A DNA stretch of 62,990 nucleotides, the filler included. It is 5 parts of 5 records of this genome, joined end to end, with 100 filler letters (N's around TTAATTAATTAA, not from the genome) between each part and the next. Parts side by side here need not be neighbours in the genome. Positions count along the whole stretch, not along the records: positions 10,544 to 27,308 come from DRR723986_6278; 4 more parts are not named here. The stretch is one strand, 5' to 3'. This document shows, one piece after another, positions 10,444 to 19,156 of the stretch (its first letter is position 1; every line of letters starts with the position of its first letter). The notes below the pieces were generated by a model. That model searched no databases. It had not been told where the DNA came from and was given only the letters and a program-made list of their open reading frames with translations. The position numbers and the translations under genes are program-made.

Positions 10444-10543
10444 NNNNNNNNNNNNNNNNNNNNNNNNNNNNNNNNNNNNNNNNNNNNTTAATTAATTAAN
10501 NNNNNNNNNNNNNNNNNNNNNNNNNNNNNNNNNNNNNNNNNNN
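10444..10543. other. Artificial contig linker
   Basis: N-run/TTAATTAATTAA (stops in six frames)/N-run, 100 nt. Confidence 0.99.
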
Positions 10544-10570
10544 GAGGTTCGAATCCTCTCGGGTGCGCCA
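10544..10570 (+). tRNA. 3' end of a tRNA (probably tRNA-Arg); likely integration site
   Basis: GAGGTTCGAATCCTCTCGGGTGCGCCA = T-arm, acceptor strand and CCA; anticodon not visible, so isotype is inferred from resemblance. Confidence 0.8.
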
Positions 10571-10694
10571 TCATCTTAAAGACCGCAATTAGGTCAATGG
10601 TTTAGAGAAAACAAATTTCGCGTTTTAGGATGTAAAATCGGAATTGGGACCACGGCCATTTTGGAGTAAAAGTCTCGCCCGCTAAAAGTGACCG

Positions 10695-10925
10695 CTAGCT
10701 TGTTTTGTTGGGGACATGCGTGACAAGTTCTTGAATAGGCACATCGAAATATGTGCACAGTTTGTCGATAACGTCCGCGGTGGCATTATAGTTTTGATGA
10801 TTAGCGATTTTGGACAGCGTAGCTCGGTGAATACCAGTAGCCTCTGCGACTTCTCCAATCGTGACTCGCCGACCTTCTGTAAATTGCTTGTCTGATATTA
10901 ATTCTTTGAGTCGAAATCGAAGCAC
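10695..10925 (-). CDS. XRE/Cro-C1 helix-turn-helix regulator
   Basis: VTIGEVAEATGIHRATLSKIAN...IDKLCTYFDV; likely GTG start 10925 (ORF extends to 10940). Confidence 0.85.
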   Translation of the reverse strand: MLRFRLKELISDKQFTEGRRVTIGEVAEATGIHRATLSKIANHQNYNATADVIDKLCTYFDVPIQELVTHVPNKTS

Positions 10926-10946
10926 TTTGTATATTCCCACAAGAAA

Positions 10947-10964
10947 TGTCGCGTAAAATCGACA
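10947..10964. promoter_or_regulatory. Inverted repeat, candidate operator between XRE and integrase
   Basis: TGTCG-N8-CGACA in the divergent promoter region. Confidence 0.4.
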
Positions 10965-11093
10965 AAATATCTTTACAGTAAAATATATAACCCCAATATT
11001 ACCTTCTGTGACATGAAAGCGGCGTTCGGGACACTGTCTATTGCAGGCTACATTGAATGAACGCCAATAGACAAACTTTTTGCGAGGTATCTA

Positions 11094-12323
11094 ATGGCGT
11101 CAATGCATGAAAGAAGTGGTCGATTATATGTGGATTTTCGATTTAACGGCCGACGATGTAAGGAACATTCCGGCCTAGTTGATACTCCCATGAACCGTCG
11201 GGTCTTGGCTAAAACCCTCAAAAACCTTGAAGCTGAACTGACTCTTGGCACATTCATATACGCAAACTATTTTCCTAGCAGTGCAAAGGCCATGGAATTT
11301 GAGACTGTTGCAGAGGAGCCAACTGAAGAACCCAGCAAAACAATCAGCTTCGCCGACTTCGCGGAACAATGGTTTGTAGAGAAGCGGGTTGAGTGGCGGC
11401 ATTCCTACGTGTCTACTATTCGTACCAGCTTAGATAAATATTTGTTGCCAGCGTTTGGCGATGTGTCGGTGGATCAAATCACCAAAGCGATGGTGCTGGA
11501 GTTTCGTGTGTCGCTGGCCCGGGTGCCAGGGCAGGGCGATGCGGCGTCGCTGTCGTCGTCGCGCATCAACCATATCATGACGCCCTTGCGGATGATCCTG
11601 AGTGAGGCTGCTGACCGGTATGAGTTCACTAACCCTTGGCAGAACATAAAGCCATTGAAAGAGCCGCGCACTCAGGTGGAACCCTTTAGTCTTGATGAAG
11701 TGAAGCGCATCCTGCGGAATGTGCGTTCAGACTACCGCGCATACTATACTGTGCGGTTCTTCACTGGCCTCCGCTCTAGCGAAGTGAACGGCCTCAAGTG
11801 GCAGCATGTGGATTTTGACCGCCGCCAGATATTGGTGCGCGAAGCTCTAGTGCAGGGCCGTATGGTGCTAACCAAAACTGATGGCTCCATGCGCGATGTG
11901 GATATGAACTCTCTGGTTTTCGAGGCACTAGCCAAGCAGCACAAAGTCACAAGCAGTCGCAGCGAATTTGTTTTCTGCAGCAGAACCGGCAAACCCTATG
12001 CTAACCGCAATGTCACTCGGCGCGTGTGGTATCCAATGCTTAAACGGAACGGGTTAAAGCCACGTCGCCCATATCAAACACGGCATACGGCAGCAACGTT
12101 GTGGCTTGCCTCTGGTGAAAGCCCGGAATGGATCGCCCGTCAAATGGGCCACACAACTACAGAGATGCTGTTCCGGGTTTACTCAAGGTATGTACCCAAT
12201 CTTACAAGGCAGGATGGCTCCGCCTTCGAACAGTTACTCGCAACCCGTTTTGCTTTGCCTCAAAAAAGTGCGGATTTAAACGGCCTTTCAACGGGCGTTA
12301 ATAGCGCTTCAAAGGGCCATTAG
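11094..12323 (+). mobile_element. Tyrosine recombinase/integrase with N-terminal arm-binding (DUF3596/Min27-like) domain
   Basis: LYVDFRFNGRRCKE N-terminus; catalytic residues TGLRSSE, TKT, YQTRHT, QMGHT, VYSRY; next to a tRNA end. Confidence 0.92.
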
Positions 12324-12324
12324 C

Positions 12325-12762
12325 ATGATTGAGGATATTGAGTTTCACTTAGAGTATGTCTCAGCGAAGCACTACCGAATGATTGCGGTGTTGGGGTACG
12401 TAGTTATCGCTTACGAGATCGACGAACTTGAAGACCCCTATTGTTTGGCTAACCCGCTTGTCTTTTCTCAAGCTCTGGATAAAGAAGTTGGAAAGGAACC
12501 TGTCGGCAAGCCCTATAAAAAACAATGGAATCCGATTGCACCGATGTGGATCGCATACGAATCTGAGAAAAGATATACATGGACCGTTCACCAGCCAGAC
12601 TTGGACGGTGATTTGATTGAACTTATTATTAAATCGGGTTTGCCGCATCAGACGAAACCTGAAACCAAGATCAGCCTCAAGCTTTACCTGCCAGAGTTTA
12701 TCTGTGCAATCCAGATGGGCCTGGGTCGCCGCATTCAGCCCATTTACCCAGACACCGCCTGA
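12325..12762 (+). CDS. Hypothetical protein
   Basis: 145-aa ORF starting 1 nt after the integrase stop; no recognised motif. Confidence 0.55.
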   Translation: MIEDIEFHLEYVSAKHYRMIAVLGYVVIAYEIDELEDPYCLANPLVFSQALDKEVGKEPVGKPYKKQWNPIAPMWIAYESEKRYTWTVHQPDLDGDLIELIIKSGLPHQTKPETKISLKLYLPEFICAIQMGLGRRIQPIYPDTA

Positions 12763-12862
12763 GGGGACGCCCTCGTCTGCTCGTAAACGCCTGGCGGAAT
12801 GTGGCTCAAAGGGCAGGCAAAAACGTGACTAAGTATAGGTAGATAGCGTTCTACAGCGCCAA

Positions 12863-12991
12863 TCAGGCTCATAACCTGAAGATCGTAGGTTCAACCACCG
12901 GCGCAGGCAGGCGTTAGCATGACGAAATAACATCAAGACAAGCAAGCAACACCTACAGGCATACGTATCTAGAATCCTATTCATGCAACCA
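12863..12991 (+). pseudogene. Degenerate, interrupted tRNA-fMet fragment
   Basis: TCAGGCTCATAACCTGAAGATCGTAGGTTCAA (12863-12894: anticodon arm CAT plus 5' T-arm), then ~78 nt, then AATCCTATTCATGCAACCA (12973-12991); no D-arm or 5' acceptor strand. Confidence 0.7.
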
Positions 12992-13175
12992 GCAGAAGTG
13001 CCTTAATCATAACGTACGGTGCAAGGCAGAGTAATAAAGCTATGGTATTTATCTATTTTTATATCCTCAAGCTATCATTGCAATCGACCCTTTATGATTA
13101 TTTGTTGACAATCTTCGCTCTAGTTCGCGGCAAGATATTGCCGTGCTTATATTTATTAATTGAGGGGAGCAAACC

Positions 13176-13328
13176 ATGGCTAATACTGTAAAGATGTTTA
13201 TCGTTGCTGTTGTTGCCGCCGTTGCTGTCTTTTTCATTATGGGTCAGGATGATGACGTTGGTGACAAGCTTGAAGAAGCCGCAAACGATGCTGGCCGAAT
13301 GATTGAAGACGCAACTGAAGGTATGTAA
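13176..13328 (+). CDS. 50-aa single-TM small protein (not in ORF track)
   Basis: GAGGGGAG RBS; MANTVKMFIVAVVAAVAVFFIMGQDDDVGDKLEEAANDAGRMIEDATEGM. Confidence 0.75.
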   Translation: MANTVKMFIVAVVAAVAVFFIMGQDDDVGDKLEEAANDAGRMIEDATEGM

Positions 13329-13460
13329 ATATTTCTCGCTGGATGGCAGGGCTGCTGGTTTTTATAGTTTTCTGTAAAACATAATGGAAAATTTATATTG
13401 GTTTTGTGTTCTATGAATGGATAAATCAACCAATAGTTTGCTGGCGAGGAAAATATTCAA

Positions 13461-15470
13461 ATGACAGAGGTACTTGTTTGTCTTGACGGGCACCACAAAA
13501 GTCATTTGCTTTTGGAGGCCGCTAAAAAAATTGCTTCATCATCCACCTTGGCTATACGTGTTCTATATGTTGAAAGCCCCAAGCAAATAGTTGGTCAAGC
13601 TGCCCGCAAGGAAACTGCGATGCGCCTTTTAACAGCTATCGAGAGTGATGGCGCTACGGTCGTACACGTTGAAAATGCCGATATTAAAAAAGCCACTTGC
13701 GATTATATCAGTGCCTGTTTGCAAGCGGGTGATGCCATTTCACACATTGTTGTAGGTCAATACGCGGGCGAAAACACATCTATTTTGAACAGACGTTCAA
13801 CAAGCGAAGAGCTAATACGCCGCTTTGGTCAAGCCGCACAGGTTAGCGTTATACCGCTTGAGGGCGCACGACCCAAATCTACGATTTGGAAGTATCTTAA
13901 CACCGGTGCGGTGATGCGGGAAAGCCTTACGATGTCATTCATTGCTGTCACTTTGGCTTTGCTTATAACCCAAGGTATACAAGAGCTATTACCTGACATT
14001 CTGGGCCGAATTAATACCCCAAATATCTATCTGGTTTTTTTATTTTCATGTGTGGTTGTTTCGCTCAGGTATGGATTGCTGGCAGCGTTAGTAGCATCCA
14101 TGCTTAGTTTTTTCGTTATTAACTACTTTTATACAATACCGCTCTACCGTTTTAATATCGGCTTAACGACAGATTTCATCAACATAACTATTTTTCTTTC
14201 TGTCGCGGTTGTTATTTCAGTGATGAGTAGCAGTGTGCGTGCCAACATGGAAACTGCAAGGCAACGTGAAAAGCGGAGCCGAGCACTTTATGATATCGCA
14301 CGCCTTACAGCAGATGCAGAGAATCAGCACCAAATTTTGGAAATTGTAGACCGGGAAGTACACCAATTTCTTGATATGGATGCGGCCTTCCTTTTGCGCA
14401 ATGACAAAGACCTAGATGTAACCGACAACGAATTTAGTACGGAGCATGTCATAGGTGCTTTCGATATTTATCCAGATGAGCAAGCCATTGGGGACAAAGA
14501 TATTGAAGCAATGTTCCGTAGTTGGACCGAAAGTACGTCTGCAGGATTTGGTACAGTGCTGGGAATTGGCTCTTCTTGGCGGTTTGAAGTTATGGCGACG
14601 CAAAACCACAAATATGGTATTTTAGGTGTAAAAGTGCCTTTTAATCGTCGTTTGGATACTGGTTTTGGCCAGTTTATCAGTAGTTTGGCTGATCAAGTTG
14701 CGATTACTTTGGAGCGTGCCCGTTTCCTGGAAGAAATGAGTGAAAGTCGTTTCCGCGAGGAACGCGAAAAACTCCGCTCCATGCTACTGTCCAGCGTCTC
14801 TCATGATTTAAAAACGCCGCTTGCCTCTGTTATCGGCAGTATAAGCGTATTAAGAAGTTTACGCGCCTCTCGTCGGCTAACGACAGAACAAGAAACCACA
14901 CTCACAGAAACGGCTCTTGAAGAAGCGCAGAGACTGGATAGTTTTATTACCAACATTCTATCAATGACACGTATAGACAGCGGTGATGTGGAGTTTTCAA
15001 TTCGGCCGCACGACCCCATTAAACCGTTGAATAAAGTTTTGAAAACGCTGCGTGCAAGGTTGAAAGGCAGGGAAATCAATATCGATAATCAGTGCGTTGG
15101 TGTTGCTGTTGATATGGATGCTTTGATGACTGCTCAAGTACTGCAAAATGTGATTGACAATGCCGCTAAATACTCACCTGCGGATAAGAGCATAGATATT
15201 ACTTTAGAAGCAGAGGCAGGTAGTTTTATCTATAAAATACGCGACCATGGCAGGGGTATCCCCGATGATAAATTAACGCGCATTTTTGATAAATATGAGC
15301 GGCTCACTATGTCAGATAGTCAGGTTGCCGGCACAGGGCTGGGGTTGGCTATTACGCAGTCGGTTATGCAGGCCCAGGGTGGCAGTGTTCGTGCAGAAAA
15401 TCACCCTGAAGGCGGCGCAGTTTTTATATTGTCATTTGCTGTTAGCCACGAAAAAGATGAAGGAGAGTAA
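13461..15470 (+). CDS. KdpD-like sensor histidine kinase (USP-like, 4TM DUF4118, GAF, HisKA, HATPase); lacks the N-terminal KdpD domain
   Basis: VLVCLDG..HIVVG USP-like start; four TMs with [56 protein letters not shown]. Confidence 0.88.
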   Translation: MTEVLVCLDGHHKSHLLLEAAKKIASSSTLAIRVLYVESPKQIVGQAARKETAMRLLTAIESDGATVVHVENADIKKATCDYISACLQAGDAISHIVVGQYAGENTSILNRRSTSEELIRRFGQAAQVSVIPLEGARPKSTIWKYLNTGAVMRESLTMSFIAVTLALLITQGIQELLPDILGRINTPNIYLVFLFSCVVVSLRYGLLAALVASMLSFFVINYFYTIPLYRFNIGLTTDFINITIFLSVAVVISVMSSSVRANMETARQREKRSRALYDIARLTADAENQHQILEIVDREVHQFLDMDAAFLLRNDKDLDVTDNEFSTEHVIGAFDIYPDEQAIGDKDIEAMFRSWTESTSAGFGTVLGIGSSWRFEVMATQNHKYGILGVKVPFNRRLDTGFGQFISSLADQVAITLERARFLEEMSESRFREEREKLRSMLLSSVSHDLKTPLASVIGSISVLRSLRASRRLTTEQETTLTETALEEAQRLDSFITNILSMTRIDSGDVEFSIRPHDPIKPLNKVLKTLRARLKGREINIDNQCVGVAVDMDALMTAQVLQNVIDNAAKYSPADKSIDITLEAEAGSFIYKIRDHGRGIPDDKLTRIFDKYERLTMSDSQVAGTGLGLAITQSVMQAQGGSVRAENHPEGGAVFILSFAVSHEKDEGE

Positions 15471-15472
15471 CT

Positions 15473-15853
15473 GTGAGTTGCCTTTCTAACAAAACGATTG
15501 TTGCCGTTGATGACACAGCGGCCATCAGGACTTTTTTGCGGATTAGTTTACAAGACCTCGGTGTTTCTTTTTATGAAGCGGCAACGGCGAACGAATGTTT
15601 GTCCTTGTGCAAGCAAGAGCAGCCGGATGTTGTGATACTCGACCTTGGATTACCTGATCGGGATGGCTTGGATATTTTGCCGGAAATTCTTGCGGACGGC
15701 GGCCATACTCCTCCATCTGTTGTTGTTCTTACTGTCAGAAACGATCGCCAGACAAGAAATGTTGCACTGGAGCGTGGGGCTAATGCTTATCTTACCAAGC
15801 CATTTGAAATGGATGACTTAGTAGAGACGATTGAAGACATTCTAATTAGATGA
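15473..15853 (+). CDS. Single-domain response regulator (KdpE-like receiver, no DNA-binding domain)
   Basis: VAVDD, ILDLGLPDRDG, VLT, YLTKPF; stops after 126 aa. Confidence 0.88.
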   Translation: MSCLSNKTIVAVDDTAAIRTFLRISLQDLGVSFYEAATANECLSLCKQEQPDVVILDLGLPDRDGLDILPEILADGGHTPPSVVVLTVRNDRQTRNVALERGANAYLTKPFEMDDLVETIEDILIR

Positions 15854-16064
15854 ATCAATGATGGCTTTATTGGTAGAGCAAGAAGTGATGCTGCGCTTTT
15901 TATGCGCAGTTTTTTTGTGGTCGCCGGGTTAACGCGGTTTGCGCTCATACTACCGTCCAAGCATTGGAGGTGATAATGGCAATCAGAACAAAAGCGATTT
16001 AAATAAATCAAAAAAATCGATTGAGTAATTCACTAACTCTATGAAATTATTATCATAGTATGTC

Positions 16065-16081
16065 TTTATCGCTTTTTTATA
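16065..16081 (+). promoter_or_regulatory. KdpE-box-like direct repeat upstream of DUF883 gene
   Basis: TTTATC-GCTTT-TTTATA. Confidence 0.55.
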
Positions 16082-16199
16082 TCATGCTGTCTTTCATCAC
16101 ATTGTTCCTTGAACTCTTATCCGTCATCTTCTGCACATCGGCGCAACGCAAACCAAGTTGGCGATGTGCTGCGATAAAAATTGTATAGGAGAAAACACA

Positions 16200-16511
16200 A
16201 TGGCAACCGCTCAACAGGAAATTAGTGCACTTAAAAAAGATATGGCACAAATCAAGGATATTTTGATGGACCATTCTGAAGGCACAGCATCAAATGGCAC
16301 AAGCAAATCGAAGGTTTTTGATGTCGAAGATATGAGAGAGAAAGCTCGTATTGCCGGTGCTCAAGCACGCGAATTTTTAACCGCAAAGCAAGAACAGCTG
16401 GTTGCTGCTCGTGATGTAACCGAGCAAACGATTAAAGAGCGCCCTTTCACGACGGCTGCAATTGCCTTTACTGGCGGTGCCTTGATCGCTGCTCTTTTGA
16501 GCCGCAAATAA
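16200..16511 (+). CDS. DUF883 (ElaB/YqjD) family tail-anchored protein
   Basis: AGGAGA RBS; coiled N-terminus and IKERPFTTAAIAFTGGALIAALLSRK tail. Confidence 0.85.
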   Translation: MATAQQEISALKKDMAQIKDILMDHSEGTASNGTSKSKVFDVEDMREKARIAGAQAREFLTAKQEQLVAARDVTEQTIKERPFTTAAIAFTGGALIAALLSRK

Positions 16512-16524
16512 AAAGGTAAACTTT

Positions 16525-17058
16525 ATGCTTAGTTCCATATTAAAAATGGCTACAGAGCAGGTCTTGGGCTCAAGACCTGCTCTTGAACAACCGATAACAC
16601 ATTTGAAGTATGGACTGCTTGGCAGTCTTGCCTCAGGCCTTATCATTGCCTTGGGTGTGACTGCATTAACTGCGGGGCTTTACGTATGGTTAGTTGCTGA
16701 AGGGCTTGGCCAAGCCCCAGCTTTGTTTACAGTTGGTTTGGTTCTTATTCTCGCTGCGCTTTTAATTTGGATTACGGCGAACAATTTTGCCGAGCGAAAA
16801 ACGCAGCACCAACAAACCGCTACGGAAGCAAGCAAAGCAAATGCCGACCCATTGGATGAAGTGAAGGCGCTTGCATTAGAGTTAGTAAGAGCCGCTGCGG
16901 AATCCTTTGTTGATGGTTATAAAACCTCAACACAAACTTCCAGTGAAACACTTCAGGAAGCTAAAGTTGGCGAGGGTAAAAGCCACGGCGAGACCAAGGG
17001 CGAACCAATATATCATGCGGCAGAAAGACCAGAGGCTGCCAAAGAGAAGGCGCACTAA
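16525..17058 (+). CDS. Two-TM membrane protein, YqjE/phage-holin-3-like position
   Basis: Two TMs; directly downstream of DUF883 as in yqjDE-type operons. Confidence 0.6.
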   Translation: MLSSILKMATEQVLGSRPALEQPITHLKYGLLGSLASGLIIALGVTALTAGLYVWLVAEGLGQAPALFTVGLVLILAALLIWITANNFAERKTQHQQTATEASKANADPLDEVKALALELVRAAAESFVDGYKTSTQTSSETLQEAKVGEGKSHGETKGEPIYHAAERPEAAKEKAH

Positions 17059-17107
17059 TGGTGTTGTGCTGATCAAGAAATTTTTGCGCCGCTTCGTTAT
17101 ATTATAG

Positions 17108-17148
17108 AAACCAGTTTCAATCGCACCAAGCGATTGGCTGGTTTTTTT
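17108..17148 (+). terminator. Rho-independent terminator
   Basis: AAACCAG..CAATCGC-loop-GCGATTG..CTGGTTT followed by T-run. Confidence 0.6.
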
Positions 17149-17173
17149 GATGCGAAAAGCGCTGCGCTTGATA

Positions 17174-17190
17174 CTTATGGCAATTTTATA
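17174..17190 (+). promoter_or_regulatory. KdpE-box-like direct repeat upstream of entericidin
   Basis: CTTATG-GCAAT-TTTATA. Confidence 0.5.
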
Positions 17191-17274
17191 TGCGCTGCGT
17201 AGAAGCCTAATCGACCCTTAAGGTGAGTACTATTATCGTAATTCGTGATGATAACTTTAATTGAGGAGAGACCA

Positions 17275-17406
17275 ATGTCTAATTTTAGAACGTTTCTTAT
17301 TCTTTGTACGTCGCTTTTTGCTTTAAGTGCATGCGGCACGATTGAAGGCGCAGGCCGTGATATCGAGTCTGTTGGGGATGCAATTGCTGACGAAGCAAGA
17401 GACTAG
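17275..17406 (+). CDS. Entericidin EcnA/B family lipoprotein (not in ORF track)
   Basis: GAGGAG RBS; MSNFRTFLILCTSLFALSAC-GTIEGAGRDIESVGDAIADEARD. Confidence 0.9.
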   Translation: MSNFRTFLILCTSLFALSACGTIEGAGRDIESVGDAIADEARD

Positions 17407-17450
17407 AACAGTATAATGCCGGCTCACCGGCAAAAGGGGAGGATAAGTCA

Positions 17451-18308
17451 ATGAAAAGATCGCTTTTGATGGCTGCGACTGCCTTTTCAACAGCCATGCT
17501 GTTGCCGGTGGCCGCCAGTAGCTATGCATCTGATAAGCGTTCTATCGAAAGTTACGTTTATAAGGATCAGAAGTTGGCGGTGATGAACAGGCTATTTGAT
17601 GCGCAAGTTGCCATAGAAAATGGCTATATTGAAGATGCTGCGGATATTGTTGGCTCTGCAGTATCGCATCTTCGTTCTGTTTTAAGAAACGGAGCTGTAG
17701 GCGAAAAATTGCGTGACACAGATATCATAAAGCTCATCGAGCTGAAATACGGCGGTGTTCTGTTTCCAAAAGTGGCGTACAGGCCTGTTGAAGAAACTCA
17801 ACAAGATATGCGCCACTTGCCTGACATGATAGATAAAATCGGCATTGAAACCGGTGATGTTGAAGATGTTGAAGTGAAGTATGTGCGCATCAAGATCGCC
17901 GATGATGATATAATGGATAATCTAGACATGTCTTTACAAGAGCTTTCGCAAGACAATGCTGAGTCCGCGAGGGCGCAGTTGATGATAGCTCAGCGTAAGA
18001 TGATTTATGATTACAACACTGAACCTTCACCTCAAGAGATTGCTCGCGATCATATTATGCTGACGCGAGCAATGATACGCGCGCAGGAATATGAGGGTGC
18101 GCGCGAATCGTTAGAAGTAGCTGAAATGGCATTGCTTGAAATGACGCTAGATTACGCCATAATGGAGGCTCAGGATGACGATGGTGCCGTTAATAACATA
18201 CGCAGGAAGGTGCTGGATTTGCAGGCCGTTATTGAACGCCGCGACGCATCTCTACTGGATCAGATTGACATTGCATTAAGAGAGTTATGGCAATCTGTTG
18301 CCGAGTAA
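17451..18308 (+). CDS. Exported helical protein, possibly YfdX-like
   Basis: Signal peptide; repeated helical A.. motifs (VMNRLFDAQVAIENG..AA; ARDHIMLTRAMI...ARESL); family call tentative. Confidence 0.55.
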   Translation: MKRSLLMAATAFSTAMLLPVAASSYASDKRSIESYVYKDQKLAVMNRLFDAQVAIENGYIEDAADIVGSAVSHLRSVLRNGAVGEKLRDTDIIKLIELKYGGVLFPKVAYRPVEETQQDMRHLPDMIDKIGIETGDVEDVEVKYVRIKIADDDIMDNLDMSLQELSQDNAESARAQLMIAQRKMIYDYNTEPSPQEIARDHIMLTRAMIRAQEYEGARESLEVAEMALLEMTLDYAIMEAQDDDGAVNNIRRKVLDLQAVIERRDASLLDQIDIALRELWQSVAE

Positions 18309-18353
18309 GACCAATAAAAAAGAGGCTTTGCAGCCTCTTTTTTATTGGTCTTA
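18306..18353. terminator. Bidirectional terminator
   Basis: Perfect 22-bp inverted repeat TAAGACCAATAAAAAAGAGGCT-ttgc-AGCCTCTTTTTTATTGGTCTTA between convergent genes. Confidence 0.85.
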
Positions 18354-18373
18354 AGAACTCTGAGGATACAGAA

Positions 18374-19066
18374 TTAATCGCGCAATGGTGTTTTAGGTGC
18401 GACTGGGGTTTTATCGTATACGAAGGTTTTTGGAACGTCTGCACCGCCAGATATAATGAATGACATGGCTTCATCCATTTTCCAGTCTGTTGGCACTAAA
18501 TTTTCTACGGGAATAATTTCAAGATACCCAGACGTTGGGTTCGGCGTAGTTGGCACATATACGGCAGCCAGCTCTTTTCCAGTGTTTGTGTCTGCAAATG
18601 TCCGGGTTACAAGGCCAACTGTTTTCATGTCAGCATTTGGAAACTCAATAAGAACAACACGCTCAAAATCATCAGATGTGGTTTGTATAGCCTCCGCTAG
18701 GCGCTTAATCGTTTTGTAGATACTGCGCGCTACAGGGATACGCTCTATTATCTCATCAATCATGGTCATGATTTTTCGCCCTACCCAACGCGAGGCAAGC
18801 CAACCTGTTAAATATAGAGTTGTGACCATAATAACGAGGGCTAAAGTTGTTTGAACTATTGGGGAGCGTGATAGCTGGAAAGCCTTGTCACCCGGGTCGA
18901 TACCGATTGTAAGCCAGTCAATGATAGGCGCGGCCATTTCTCCAATAAATTTTAGAACAATACTTAATAGTAAGATTGTTAGCCAAAGCGGGATTAGCGT
19001 GAAGAGCCCTAATAGAATACGTCGACGGGTTTCAAGCATAGCGCTGAGCTTGGGTTTGGTTGACAT
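18374..19066 (-). CDS. DUF502 membrane protein
   Basis: RIPVARSIY, VVLIEFP, VYVPTTPNPTSGYL, AMSFIISGG. Confidence 0.92.
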   Translation of the reverse strand: MSTKPKLSAMLETRRRILLGLFTLIPLWLTILLLSIVLKFIGEMAAPIIDWLTIGIDPGDKAFQLSRSPIVQTTLALVIMVTTLYLTGWLASRWVGRKIMTMIDEIIERIPVARSIYKTIKRLAEAIQTTSDDFERVVLIEFPNADMKTVGLVTRTFADTNTGKELAAVYVPTTPNPTSGYLEIIPVENLVPTDWKMDEAMSFIISGGADVPKTFVYDKTPVAPKTPLRD

Positions 19067-19156
19067 TTTTTAACTTTCCATACAGTCCAGCTTTACTGCT
19101 GGAGAACATCATTATAATTCATACCATACGGCTTATATTTGCAGATAATGAATAGA

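Noticed and set aside
10122-10495. Several short ORFs after the amidase
   Set aside because: They overlap the RNase P RNA gene.
12863-12991. Functional intron-containing tRNA-Met
   Set aside because: The 5' acceptor strand and D-arm are missing, the 3' strand is degenerate, and the insert is too short for a self-splicing intron.
10695-17058. Prophage (integrase, XRE, holin-like protein)
   Set aside because: No structural, packaging or replication genes; the two-TM protein fits a yqjDE-type stress operon.
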